Assembly: GCA_017608025.1 (NCBI GenBank)
Contig: JAFCGM010000005.1
Location: forward strand, 984 to 64,983
Direction of reading: 5' to 3'
Origin: Candidatus Pacearchaeota archaeon
Lineage (GTDB): Archaea; Nanobdellota; Nanobdellia; UBA10117; JABICX01
Length of the DNA: 64,000 nt
The notes under the pieces were generated by a model that was not told the origin of the DNA, ran no database searches, and saw nothing but the letters and a program-made list of their open reading frames with translations. Shown piece after piece: positions 27,596 through 37,125 of this stretch. The position numbers and the translations under genes were made by a program. Numbering within the stretch: position 1 is the stretch's first letter; each line of letters opens with the position of its first letter.

Positions 27596-30028
27596 ATGAT
27601 TGACGTAGTCCGTAATTTTATACACAAAAAAGAAAGGGAAATTCTTAAGAATTCTAATTCTGTACTGCGAGAATTGAATCATAAGTGGAAAAATATTGTT
27701 GAAAAAGACATTTACTTAACATATCCCCTACGAAAGGAAATAGAGACCAATATCAGTAAATACTATAATGAGATTTCAATACCGTGGTACTTATTCTGGG
27801 ACTGGAAACTAAAATCAAAAATTTATGCAAATGATAAGGACATACAATCATGTGAAAAAAAGTTAGAAACATATAATTCTGATTTTGTAGCTAAAAAGAA
27901 AAAAGAATATGCGTCTTTATTCAAAAAAGGAGATCTTGTTTTAGATGATGATCAAAAAACTGCAATAATTAAGGATGATGTGCATAATTTGGTTGTTGCG
28001 GGAGCGGGTTCTGGAAAAACTGAAGTGCTTACTACACGAATTGCATATTTAGTAAAAAGGAAAGGAGATCGAATTAAGCCCGAGCGAATTTTAGCCTTAG
28101 CGTTTCAAAATAAAGCTGCAGACGAAATTAGAAATAGACTGAGAAAAAGATATAATATTGATATAGAAATAAAAACCTTTCATGCGCTTGGTAAAAAAAT
28201 AATAGAAACATACGCTAAGAAAAATAAAATAGAAATTCCAAGACCAAATCAATCTTGTTGCGAAGAAAGAAAATTTAATAATTTCATTAAAGGTTTATTT
28301 AAAATTATAAGTTTGAAGAGTTCTGATTTTAACAACAAAGTTATTGAATATATGAAATCATATGCTGATTTTGAAATAATAAAAAATGAGACAGATTTCA
28401 CAGAGAAAGAAGAGTATTATAAATATATGCGAAGTTTAAGGTACACTGCAATAAATGGACAAAAAGTAAAAAGTGAAGGAGAAAGAGCTATTCTAAACTT
28501 TTTTTTAATGCATAAAATTAATGGGCAAGAAATAAATATAAAATATGAAGCTCCTGCAGAATGGATGAGGTATAGAAATGAAAAAGGCAATGAAATTATT
28601 CCTAAACCAGACTTCTTTTTCCCACAATTTGATATTTATCTCGAACATTGGGCAATTAATAAAGATGGAAAAGTTCCGAATTGGTTTTTTGGAGAAGATC
28701 CAACAGAGGAATATATTAAAGGAATGAATATTAAGAAAAAAAAGTATTTTGCACATAAAAAAGAGTTAATTGAAACAACTTATGCAGATTTCGCTAAAGA
28801 AGATTTTCTTGATAAATTAGAGCAAATATTCTTAAAAAGAATTAGTAAAAAAAAGCCTAAACAAAAGTTTAAATTAGAAAGAATACCTTACGAAAAGCTA
28901 GTTAATAAAACATGGGAATCTGCTCAATTTGTAAAAAGCCTTCCAGGACAAATTGCAAACTTCATAACAATCGCAAAAACATATAATTTAGATGTTAAAG
29001 GTATTGAAGAACGCCTCTCAAAAGAAGACTGGTCAAAAAAACAAATAGCTTTTTCTGAAATTGCTTTAATTGTTTTTGATTACTATCAAAAAATACTAAG
29101 AAAAACAAATACTATTGACTTTTCAGATATGATAAATTTAGCTGTAAAATACCTAAAAAGCGACAAGAAACTTTTTGAGGACGCTTATGATCACATTCTT
29201 GTTGATGAATTTCAGGATATAAGTATGCAACGATATAGACTAATTAAAGAGCTTATGAATAAAAACAAGAACTGCAAATTATTTTGCGTTGGTGATGACT
29301 GTCAAAGCATTATGGGATTTTCTGGATCAAATCTTAATTATTTCTTAGACTTTAACAAATACTTTGATTTCCCTGAAAGAACAGATTTAACAGTAAATTA
29401 CCGGAGCATTAAGTCTGTAGTTGACCTTGGATCAGAGATAATAAAACACAATAAAAATCAAATAAAAAAGAAAGCAGTAGCAAATTCAGATCTATCTAAA
29501 AAAATTGTCCTTTATTCTTCACTTTATCCTGAAAAAGAATTCACAAATTATTATAATCAAACAATTAAGCATTGCTTTAATAAGATAAAAGAGTATCACG
29601 ATAAAGGATATTCTTATGCTAATTTTATGATATTATTAAGGATTTCAAAAGGAAAAATAAAAACAATAATCAATGATGTAGCAGATCAGATGAAAATCCC
29701 AATATCGTTTGAAAGAGGCGATCTTCCAAATCGAGTTCGCGTTATGACTGTTCATAAAAGTAAAGGACTTCAGTCAAAAGTTGTCTTTATACTAAGATTA
29801 AACAACGGAATATATGGTTTTCCTTGTCAATTACATGATCCAGATATTTTTGAACCAGCAATTATTAATAATAACACACTAAGAGAGCAAGAAGAAAGAC
29901 GATTATTCTATGTCGCAGTAACTAGAGCCAAAGAGGATGTTTTTATGTATACTCAACAAGGCGCCGAAAGCAAATTCATCAAAGAGATTGAAGATTTTGT
30001 TAAAAGAGAGGAGTTAAGTACTAATTGA
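27596..30028 (+). CDS. UvrD/helicase IV-like SF1 helicase with an internal PD-(D/E)xK-like insert
   Basis: AGAGSGKT, VDEFQD, VGDDCQSI, NYRS, TVHKSKGLQ, EERRLFYVAVTRAK; insert KVKSEGE...PDFF...YLEHWA. Confidence 0.9.
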   Translation: MIDVVRNFIHKKEREILKNSNSVLRELNHKWKNIVEKDIYLTYPLRKEIETNISKYYNEISIPWYLFWDWKLKSKIYANDKDIQSCEKKLETYNSDFVAKKKKEYASLFKKGDLVLDDDQKTAIIKDDVHNLVVAGAGSGKTEVLTTRIAYLVKRKGDRIKPERILALAFQNKAADEIRNRLRKRYNIDIEIKTFHALGKKIIETYAKKNKIEIPRPNQSCCEERKFNNFIKGLFKIISLKSSDFNNKVIEYMKSYADFEIIKNETDFTEKEEYYKYMRSLRYTAINGQKVKSEGERAILNFFLMHKINGQEINIKYEAPAEWMRYRNEKGNEIIPKPDFFFPQFDIYLEHWAINKDGKVPNWFFGEDPTEEYIKGMNIKKKKYFAHKKELIETTYADFAKEDFLDKLEQIFLKRISKKKPKQKFKLERIPYEKLVNKTWESAQFVKSLPGQIANFITIAKTYNLDVKGIEERLSKEDWSKKQIAFSEIALIVFDYYQKILRKTNTIDFSDMINLAVKYLKSDKKLFEDAYDHILVDEFQDISMQRYRLIKELMNKNKNCKLFCVGDDCQSIMGFSGSNLNYFLDFNKYFDFPERTDLTVNYRSIKSVVDLGSEIIKHNKNQIKKKAVANSDLSKKIVLYSSLYPEKEFTNYYNQTIKHCFNKIKEYHDKGYSYANFMILLRISKGKIKTIINDVADQMKIPISFERGDLPNRVRVMTVHKSKGLQSKVVFILRLNNGIYGFPCQLHDPDIFEPAIINNNTLREQEERRLFYVAVTRAKEDVFMYTQQGAESKFIKEIEDFVKREELSTN

Positions 30029-30029
30029 A

Positions 30030-30311
30030 ATGAAAGAAGAGGTTTATGAAGACGAAAAAGGTTATCTAAGAAGTAAATCAACTAAGAAATTAGTTCATCG
30101 AGAGATAGCATATAAGGAAATTTACTTAAAGAATAAAGAAAAATATGCATTACCTTTTAAGGAATATATTGTTCATCACATTGACGGAAACAAAAAGAAC
30201 AATAATTCTTCTAATCTTATTATACTCTTACCAATGGATCATACTAAATTACATCGATTTATAGCATTAAATAAACAAGAATTGGAACCTCATGAAATGG
30301 GGATGGGTTAA
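30030..30311 (+). CDS. HNH endonuclease
   Basis: LVHREIA...VHHIDGNKKNNNSSNL...HTKLH. Confidence 0.85.
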   Translation: MKEEVYEDEKGYLRSKSTKKLVHREIAYKEIYLKNKEKYALPFKEYIVHHIDGNKKNNNSSNLIILLPMDHTKLHRFIALNKQELEPHEMGMG

Positions 30312-30351
30312 CAAAAAAACCTTATATCTTTTGCTTTCTTAAAATAAATTA

Positions 30352-30642
30352 ATGAAAATTTCAACATCACTAATTATTTTCTTTTTATCAATTATTACTT
30401 TGGTTTTTGAGTTAATCCTTTACTTTATTATTGGAATGGGTGCTGCATTTGCAGGAGAAGCTTCTTCTATAATAAATATTGCTTCATTTTTTCTATATTT
30501 AATGATTACAACGATTTCTATTGGAGTTATTTGCCCAATAATTGCTATTATTCAAAAAATGAATAATGTTAAAGTAGTAAAAAAGAAAGGAAAAAAACGC
30601 AAATCTTTAAAATTAGGTTTTTTTGAAATAAGTTTTAAATAA
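30352..30642 (+). CDS. Two-TM membrane protein
   Basis: Hydrophobic helices and a basic tail. Confidence 0.55.
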   Translation: MKISTSLIIFFLSIITLVFELILYFIIGMGAAFAGEASSIINIASFFLYLMITTISIGVICPIIAIIQKMNNVKVVKKKGKKRKSLKLGFFEISFK

Positions 30643-30646
30643 ATTT

Positions 30647-31123
30647 TTAATTTAAGTTAATATCTTCAATACATATTTCATTATTGAATATATCACTTCT
30701 AATTCTAAGTGCAACAATTTGTGCTGGTAAAATTTCGCTTTTATTAGATTTAACTAATTTCATATTTTCAAGAAGTTCTCTATGAGAAATTTTAACACTT
30801 TTCTTAGATATATAAATTGTATTTTCATTAGCTTTTGAAGAATTATCTATATATATTGTTTTTGTTTGATTATTTGTAATTCCGAACCACTTTAAATGTC
30901 CGTTTGGATACTGAAGTAAAAAATAAAGAACGTAATCTTCACCAATTTCTTTAATATTATAAGTTATCGAATGATTTTCAGTGATTTTAATTGGTTTACT
31001 CAAAATCAAATCTTTAAAATCCCAATGATTCCATCTAATGTTTAAATTATTATCAAGATAACATAATTTAATATGCTTGCTTATATGTTTCTGTTCCATT
31101 AAATTATATATTAAAAATATCAA
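30647..31123 (-). CDS. Hypothetical protein (start uncertain)
   Basis: About 150-aa ORF. Confidence 0.5.
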   Translation of the reverse strand: MIFLIYNLMEQKHISKHIKLCYLDNNLNIRWNHWDFKDLILSKPIKITENHSITYNIKEIGEDYVLYFLLQYPNGHLKWFGITNNQTKTIYIDNSSKANENTIYISKKSVKISHRELLENMKLVKSNKSEILPAQIVALRIRSDIFNNEICIEDINLN

Positions 31124-31157
31124 GATTCCAATATTCGGAAGCAGCAGTGGAAAATCA

Positions 31158-31349
31158 TTATTTACCCAAAAAGATTATTAATAAAGAAACAATTAATATA
31201 AGTACAATATAAATAATAATCAAAAACGTCTTTTTAGAAAGATAGCTTTTGAACTCATTAAATTCAAAAGACCCTAAATATCTCTTTCTAATAATATCAT
31301 TATAATTTCCTAAAAAGTCAAAGAAAGTTTTAATAATTATTTCTGACAT
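31158..31349 (-). CDS. Small membrane protein
   Basis: 63 aa with a C-terminal TM. Confidence 0.45.
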   Translation of the reverse strand: MSEIIIKTFFDFLGNYNDIIRKRYLGSFEFNEFKSYLSKKTFLIIIYIVLILIVSLLIIFLGK

Positions 31350-31424
31350 TATATTATAAAATAAGTACTTTAATTATATAAAATATATAGGTATATACTT
31401 TATTTTCAATTAAATTTTTTTGCC

Positions 31425-31846
31425 TTATATATTAAAAATTACTTCATCAATAACATCATCTTCATCTAACGATACTGGTTGATATAATGTCTTTATTTTA
31501 ATTGAATCAAAACTTTCCATCAAAGGACCATAAATTTTTGCATTATTATTTTTAATAGAAAATTCTACATCCGAAGTTATACATGATTTAGCATTACAAC
31601 CACAATCTCCTGCTACTCCAAGCATATCAGTTACATCTTCGAACAAAACGTTTTTCCATTTACCATCACTTTTGATCCATATTTGATATTGATAGGTTTC
31701 TGAAAATAAGTCTCTCGTTTTTAGTTGGTTTCTCGGTTGTTGTTTATTGATGCTTCTGTTACTTTTGTTTGAGTTTCTTTTTGAACACATCCGCTAAACA
31801 AAGCAAGAAGGACAATAACGGAAATAAGCATTATTCTAGTCTTCAT
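31425..31846 (-). pseudogene. Frameshifted lipoprotein
   Basis: ATG at 31846 gives MKTRIMLISVIVLLALFSG|CVQKETQ (lipobox) and stops at about 31723; a plausible continuation lies in the frame of ORF 31425..31790. Confidence 0.55.
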
Positions 31847-31904
31847 ATAAAGTATTCTTTATAAAACTTTTAACTCTTTCCATAATACTAAATATCTAAT
31901 TAAA

Positions 31905-32111
31905 TTATTTACTTTTCTGAATATATCGTATTATTAAAAAAAGAAGTACTAAGAATACAACAATAACGATCATATTAATTGTATGAAATATCCATGTGCC
32001 GTGATAATTTGATGATAAATAAAAAACATAATTCGCAGATAGCCCTCCAAGAAAACCAATTAATGCAGCTAGAGCAAGTAGCAATAAGCTAAATAGATAC
32101 TCTTCTTTCAT
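31905..32111 (-). CDS. Small two-TM membrane protein
   Basis: 68 aa, coupled to the upstream gene. Confidence 0.55.
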   Translation of the reverse strand: MKEEYLFSLLLLALAALIGFLGGLSANYVFYLSSNYHGTWIFHTINMIVIVVFLVLLFLIIRYIQKSK

Positions 32112-33061
32112 TTTATTAGACCATCGAATCTAAATATTTTTCGTAAGTTAATTACAAACGGAGGGATTGCAAATGCCAATACACCAAGTAAAGTTATGAA
32201 ATAGTAGTTTCGATTCTCTCTTAAGTTATTATATTCCCCCTGAGTTAAAAATCTTACCTTACTTTCAGCAATATAACATGGATCCGCTCCCGTCTCATTA
32301 AGTCTCTCGATTCTGAAATTAACTGAAAGAAGATTGTCTTTCGCTAAGAAGTTTAGATTATCTTGAGTCGTTTTATTAGAAGTACCGTCTCTGAATTTAA
32401 AAGTAAGTGTCTTATTTAAGTTATCTATATTAATCTTCGTAGTTTTACATTCTATTAGGTTTCCTGTAATGAATTCCCCATACCTATCTGAACAGCTAAT
32501 TCTATCAATAATTGTATTATTTGAATCTCTACAACGAATCACATTTAGATCAAGTGTTGGTGGTGATGTAACACCTATAATAAAAACAATTCCAATGTAA
32601 AATATACTGAGAATAAGTATAACTGTAGTTAAACTCCACCACTCTGGCTTAGTCCACTTTTTAATTAAAATAGGTGCTAATAGAAATAGAATTAATACAC
32701 TTATTAAAAGATTGTATAAGGCAGGTCCGCGAAGAATTGGTAAGAAAATAATAGTAGCTAAAATATATTTAATCGCCCATTTTGCTTTTTGTTTAGGGAT
32801 AATTATTACTACAAATAATGCAATAAATAATATTGTTAATAAGCCTAAAAATAATTTAATTGTATTTAAAAAGTAGTATCTTATTAATTCAGGAATTAGA
32901 TTGAAAAATACAGACTTTGATATGGAGAAACAGAAAATTAAGATAAATATCATAAATAAGAAGATAGCTATTTGATGAATCCTAGAACAATATCTTTTCC
33001 AGAATTTATAGACCGAGAAATAACTTTTTATTGAAGCACAGAGCCAAGACCAATTTTTCAT
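32108..33061 (-). CDS. Multi-TM membrane protein with a Cys-containing extracellular domain
   Basis: 317 aa; about 5 N-terminal TMs and a C-terminal TM. Confidence 0.65.
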   Translation of the reverse strand: MKNWSWLCASIKSYFSVYKFWKRYCSRIHQIAIFLFMIFILIFCFSISKSVFFNLIPELIRYYFLNTIKLFLGLLTILFIALFVVIIIPKQKAKWAIKYILATIIFLPILRGPALYNLLISVLILFLLAPILIKKWTKPEWWSLTTVILILSIFYIGIVFIIGVTSPPTLDLNVIRCRDSNNTIIDRISCSDRYGEFITGNLIECKTTKINIDNLNKTLTFKFRDGTSNKTTQDNLNFLAKDNLLSVNFRIERLNETGADPCYIAESKVRFLTQGEYNNLRENRNYYFITLLGVLAFAIPPFVINLRKIFRFDGLIK

Positions 33062-33181
33062 ATTAATTTAATATATTATTTAATTTTAAAGAATTTATAT
33101 TCTCTAGGACTTTTTTCTTGGATTTTTGTCCTTATTCTTTAATAAATAAAAGCTTAAAATATATATTGTGGAGAATTTAAC

Positions 33182-33427
33182 ATGAATAACTCAAAAGAAG
33201 AATCTGACATTTGGGATGGTCTTGCGAGATTAGCTAAAGCTATTGCGCCGTTTGGTGTCCCCTTTTCGGCAGTGTTTATGGCAAATGTTGTTGTTATTTT
33301 TATGATACTTTTTCTTCAGAGTCAATTTTCTTATTTATGGTTAGCGTGTTTGAGTTTTGCATCTGTTGAAGTCGTTATGGGGGTGCTAGTCTACAAATGG
33401 AAAGAGGAAAAGATATTAAAGAAATAA
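33182..33427 (+). CDS. Small two-TM membrane protein
   Basis: 81 aa, hydrophobic. Confidence 0.5.
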   Translation: MNNSKEESDIWDGLARLAKAIAPFGVPFSAVFMANVVVIFMILFLQSQFSYLWLACLSFASVEVVMGVLVYKWKEEKILKK

Positions 33428-33915
33428 AAGAACAAGAGATTCCATCTGGTAAGAATTGGAAGAAAGTTCTTAGTGAGATTTATGAATATGCACCACATAC
33501 TTATTTTAGAAACAATAAAATTGGAATTCAAAATCCAAACCATTCTTTAGTAAAGAAATTAAGAATGTCTGAGTATGAAGTGATGTTGTGTGCTTCTTTT
33601 CTGGAAGAGAATGGTTTACTAGAGTGGAAGAAAGTTCATAATTCTTTAGATAATCATCAAGATTTAGTCCTTACTAGTAAAGGTTTTGATGTAGCGCTTC
33701 AAAATGAAGGTCAAGAAAAGACGCAAGGATTACAAAAAATTTTAGCTTTAGCTTCAGTTTTATCTGCAATTCTTGTAATATTTTCGATTATGTTAAATTC
33801 AAGGAATATAATTGCGTTGATTGCAGCATTTATTCTTATTATACCTATAACTGTATTTTTAAGTCCCATGTTGCAGGAAGCATTTAATTTAATATTTAGA
33901 AAAAAATTAGAATGA
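33397..33915 (+). CDS. Winged-helix-like domain with two C-terminal TMs
   Basis: FLEENGLL...LVLTSKGFDVA wing motif followed by TMs. Confidence 0.6.
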   Translation: MERGKDIKEIKEQEIPSGKNWKKVLSEIYEYAPHTYFRNNKIGIQNPNHSLVKKLRMSEYEVMLCASFLEENGLLEWKKVHNSLDNHQDLVLTSKGFDVALQNEGQEKTQGLQKILALASVLSAILVIFSIMLNSRNIIALIAAFILIIPITVFLSPMLQEAFNLIFRKKLE

Positions 33916-34691
33916 AAAAGAAATATAAATTAAGTTGGTTAGTAATTTTTTTAGGACTATGTATCGCAATAGGCCTTCTTATATTTAGTATTCAGCTTGA
34001 GATTTATCCTCCTCGCGAAAAATATACATTTGGTATTGAGTTATCTGATAATCAATATTCTAATTCGGTTGTATGGAATTATATTGTTAGATGTAATTAT
34101 GAAAAAAATCCAACTGAATGCAATATGTCTTTTTTCTTTAAAACAGAAAATCTGAGCATTATGCAAATATATTATCCTGAGTCATTAGAACTAATAAACA
34201 TAAATAATTTAACAACTGAAGCATATTCTATTAGCAATGCAAATAAATCAAATTATGTGCATCATAAAAATACGACAGTTAGAGAAGTCAATTTCTCAAA
34301 AAAATATATTAAAGGATACATAATCGCAGCTTTTAAAGGTAAAATAACCCCAAATGCTGTGTTTATTAATTTTGTTAATACAAGAGAGGCTCCTTCTCCA
34401 AACGCGGATTCTAAGGTATTTATGGAACTCTATCTTGGAAAAAAATATGATTGCGAATATTGTATTGGTCCTACTAGAAAATGTGATGTTTATCGAGAAG
34501 GCGAGACAATTATTGCAAGAGTACCATTAATTGATAACGAAAATTTTAGATATGAAGCAATAAGACACGCAGATTTTTCAACTAATGTATATTATGCTGA
34601 TAAGAAGATATGCAAAGATTTTTTATTTGCGCTTTCAATTAGTTTAATTTCTGGTTTAATTGTTGGTTTGATAACAATGTTATTTTCCTAG
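33912..34691 (+). CDS. Membrane protein with N- and C-terminal TMs and an extracellular domain
   Basis: 259 aa; several Cys residues and N-x-S/T sequons. Confidence 0.6.
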   Translation: MKKKYKLSWLVIFLGLCIAIGLLIFSIQLEIYPPREKYTFGIELSDNQYSNSVVWNYIVRCNYEKNPTECNMSFFFKTENLSIMQIYYPESLELININNLTTEAYSISNANKSNYVHHKNTTVREVNFSKKYIKGYIIAAFKGKITPNAVFINFVNTREAPSPNADSKVFMELYLGKKYDCEYCIGPTRKCDVYREGETIIARVPLIDNENFRYEAIRHADFSTNVYYADKKICKDFLFALSISLISGLIVGLITMLFS

Positions 34692-34824
34692 GTTAGAAGA
34701 GATTAATCAATACCTCAGCGGAACCTCCGAAAAAAGTGCGTTTAACTCATAACACATTCACATTTCCCTTTAATCTAGATTACCAGCTGGATTTCTCCCC
34801 TGCAATAAAAGAGTGGAAAAGATA

Positions 34825-34852
34825 AGTTCGCCTAACGAATATTATGAGTAAT
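34825..34852 (+). other. dif-like Xer recombination site
   Basis: AGTTCGCCTAA-CGAATA-TTATGAGTAAT has the 11-6-11 layout and resembles E. coli dif GGTGCGCATAA-TGTATA-TTATGTTAAAT. Confidence 0.6.
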
Positions 34853-34881
34853 AGATAATGGACAGATATCCAAAAATCTTT

Positions 34882-34905
34882 TAAACTATAGTATACTATA
34901 GTTTA
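34882..34905. promoter_or_regulatory. 24-bp perfect palindrome, likely the TA autoregulatory operator
   Basis: TAAACTATAGTATACTATAGTTTA lies between the TATA box and the antitoxin ATG. Confidence 0.7.
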
Positions 34906-34907
34906 CT

Positions 34908-35132
34908 ATGGGGATCACAACTATTCAAATAAGTTCTGCATTAAGGGACGCTCTATCTAAAATGAAGTTTTTTGCTAGTGAAACTTATGAAGAAATCATC
35001 TGGAGTTTAATTGAAGATAGAATGGAGTTAAGCGAAGAAACTAAAAAAGCTATTCTTGAAGCTGAAAAGGACATTAAAGCAGGTCGTGTTTATACTCTTG
35101 AAGAGGTTAAGAAAGAACTTGGTTTGAGGTGA
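34908..35132 (+). CDS. Antitoxin (RHH/RelB-like)
   Basis: TTIQIS...ETYEEII...AEKDIKAGRVYTLEEVKKELG; upstream of RelE. Confidence 0.85.
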   Translation: MGITTIQISSALRDALSKMKFFASETYEEIIWSLIEDRMELSEETKKAILEAEKDIKAGRVYTLEEVKKELGLR

Positions 35133-35136
35133 TTTT

Positions 35137-35385
35137 ATTTATTCTATTATATTTACAGAAAAAGCAAAGAAAAAGATAGCAAAGTTTGAGAAAGAAATTC
35201 AGGAAAGAATTATTTCTTCATTAGAACGATGTAAGATACGACCTTATGCTCATATCGAAAAATTATCAAATTCGCGCTATTTTAAGCTGCGAGTTGGCAA
35301 GTATCGAGTAATCCTAAAAATCGATAATGGAAAATTGATTATTCTTGTTATTGATGCAGATTTAAGAAAAAGAGTTTATAAGTAA
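35137..35385 (+). CDS. relE: RelE/ParE family toxin with a non-canonical ATT start (or start-inactivated)
   Basis: xYSIIFTEKAKKKIAKF...YFKLRVGKYRVI...RKRVYK*; SD GAGGTGA lies 4 nt before ATT; in-frame TGA just upstream. Confidence 0.8.
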   Translation: MYSIIFTEKAKKKIAKFEKEIQERIISSLERCKIRPYAHIEKLSNSRYFKLRVGKYRVILKIDNGKLIILVIDADLRKRVYK

Positions 35386-35418
35386 AGAAGAGGGGAGTAT
35401 TAAGAGAATTGTTCAGTC

Positions 35419-35437
35419 GAATGCCATCAATTTTTTA
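35419..35437 (+). repeat. 19-bp direct repeat, copy 1 (copy 2 at 37084-37102)
   Basis: GAATGCCATCAATTTTTTA occurs at both positions; each runs into a TATA-like box. Confidence 0.8.
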
Positions 35438-35462
35438 TAGTTTTCATTATTTTTAAATTTAC

Positions 35463-36446
35463 ATGGTAATTCCGTCAAAGTTGAAGAAAGGAGATGAGAT
35501 TCGAGTGATTGCTCCTGCTAGAAGTATGAAACTTATTTGTTCAGAATCAAGAAAGATTGCAACTGAGCTGTTTGAAAATCTTGGCTTCAAAGTAACTTTT
35601 GGAAAGCATGTAATGGAAAAAGATATGTTTGCTTCGTCTTCAATTAAATCCAGAATTGAGGATTTGCATGATGCTTTTGCAGACAAAAATGTAAAAGTTA
35701 TATTGACAGTGATTGGCGGTTTTAATTCCAATCAATTATTAAAATATATTGATTTTGATTTGATTAAAAGAAATCCGAAAATTCTTTGCGGTTATTCAGA
35801 TATAACTGCGCTTCAAAATGCAATTTTAAAGAAAACCGGACTTGTGACTTATTCTGGTCCGCATTATTCAACCTTTGGAATGAAAAAAGGTTTTGATTAT
35901 ATTGAAGAGTATTTCAAAAAATGTCTGATCGAAGACAAGCCATTTGAGATTAAAGACTCAAAAGAATGGAGTGATGATCGCTGGTATACGGACCAGGAAA
36001 ATCGAAAATTCATCAAAAATAAGGGCGCTTATGTAATAAATTTTGGAAAAGCAAAAGGACGAATTGTTGGAGCAAACCTCTGCACATTCAATTTATTGCA
36101 GGGAACTGAATTCATGCCAGATTTAAAAAACACTGTTTTGTTTATTGAAGACGACGCTGAAACAAGAGACGTTATTTTTGACCGAGACTTACAGTCATTA
36201 ATTCACCAACCCGGTTTTGAAGGTGTCCAAGGAATTGTTATTGGAAGATTTCAGAAAGCTTCAGAAATGACTCGAGAGAAAGTGATTCAGATAATTAAAA
36301 CTAAGAAAGAATTAAATAAAATTCCAGTTATTGCAGATGTTGATTTTGGTCATACAACACCAATGATAACTTTCCCGATTGGAGGAACATGTGAGATTTT
36401 AGCACCTAAAACAGGTAAACCAAAGATACAAATTTTAGAGCATTAA
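35463..36446 (+). CDS. S66 family LD-carboxypeptidase (MccF-like)
   Basis: GYSDIT, FIEDD, DFGHTTP catalytic S/E/H. Confidence 0.92.
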   Translation: MVIPSKLKKGDEIRVIAPARSMKLICSESRKIATELFENLGFKVTFGKHVMEKDMFASSSIKSRIEDLHDAFADKNVKVILTVIGGFNSNQLLKYIDFDLIKRNPKILCGYSDITALQNAILKKTGLVTYSGPHYSTFGMKKGFDYIEEYFKKCLIEDKPFEIKDSKEWSDDRWYTDQENRKFIKNKGAYVINFGKAKGRIVGANLCTFNLLQGTEFMPDLKNTVLFIEDDAETRDVIFDRDLQSLIHQPGFEGVQGIVIGRFQKASEMTREKVIQIIKTKKELNKIPVIADVDFGHTTPMITFPIGGTCEILAPKTGKPKIQILEH

Positions 36447-36448
36447 AG

Positions 36449-37111
36449 ATGTCAAAAGATATATTTTCAAAGCATTACAAAAAAGAAGAAATGTATTGGG
36501 GGCTTAAGCCAGCAAAGCTTGTCAAAGCAATCCTGAAATACAAGAGTTCTGGAACTGTTTTGGATATTGGCTGCGGAGAGGGAAGAAATGCAGTGTTTCT
36601 TGCAAAAAAAGGTTTTGATGTCACTGGAATAGATATCTCAAAAAAAGGCATTGAAAAAATGAATCTTCTTGCTAAGAAAATGAATATTAAAGTCAAGGGA
36701 ATTGTTGAAGACATTCAAAAGTTTAAATTTGATAAAAAATATGATGTTATTCTTTCAATTGCAACATTTCCTTTTTTGAAAAAGAAAGAGATTAAAAAAG
36801 TGATTTCTAAGATAAAAGAAAATACAAAAGAAAATGGTTTAAATGCAATTTTGTCCTTTACAACAAAAGATTATTTTTTCGGAAACAAGCAAATGTATTT
36901 TTTCAAAGAAAATGAACTTAAGGAATACTATAGAGACTGGAATATTTTAATTTACAAGGAATTTATGACTAAGCCAGAAAAGCATGGTGATGGAGTATAT
37001 CATCGACACGGAGTTTCTGTTATTTTAGCTCAAAAAAAAATTTACGAAAAAGTTCACATAACGAATAAAAAAGTTGTTTTGTGGAATGCCATCAATTTTT
37101 TAAACTTCTGA
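36449..37111 (+). CDS. Class I SAM-dependent methyltransferase (TehB-like)
   Basis: VLDIGCGEGRNAVFLAKKGFDVTGID; the tail after AQKK reads through the dif remnant and is probably spurious. Confidence 0.88.
   Translation: MSKDIFSKHYKKEEMYWGLKPAKLVKAILKYKSSGTVLDIGCGEGRNAVFLAKKGFDVTGIDISKKGIEKMNLLAKKMNIKVKGIVEDIQKFKFDKKYDVILSIATFPFLKKKEIKKVISKIKENTKENGLNAILSFTTKDYFFGNKQMYFFKENELKEYYRDWNILIYKEFMTKPEKHGDGVYHRHGVSVILAQKKIYEKVHITNKKVVLWNAINFLNF
37051..37067 (+). other. Partial dif-like site (left arm and central hexamer)
   Basis: AGTTCACATAA-CGAATA matches 34825-34841 at 15 of 17 positions. Confidence 0.5.
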
Positions 37112-37125
37112 TGAAAAGCTAGAAC

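Larger units (their letters stand above)
27500..37102. mobile_element. Accessory genomic island (boundaries approximate)
   Basis: Visibly more AT-rich run of orphan/membrane genes with a helicase, HNH, TA module and dif-like site between metG and nurA; no integrase seen. Confidence 0.6.

Noticed and set aside
27500-37102. Integron cassette array or provirus
   Set aside because: No integrase, no repeated attC-like sites between the ORFs, mixed gene orientation, and no recognisable virion genes.
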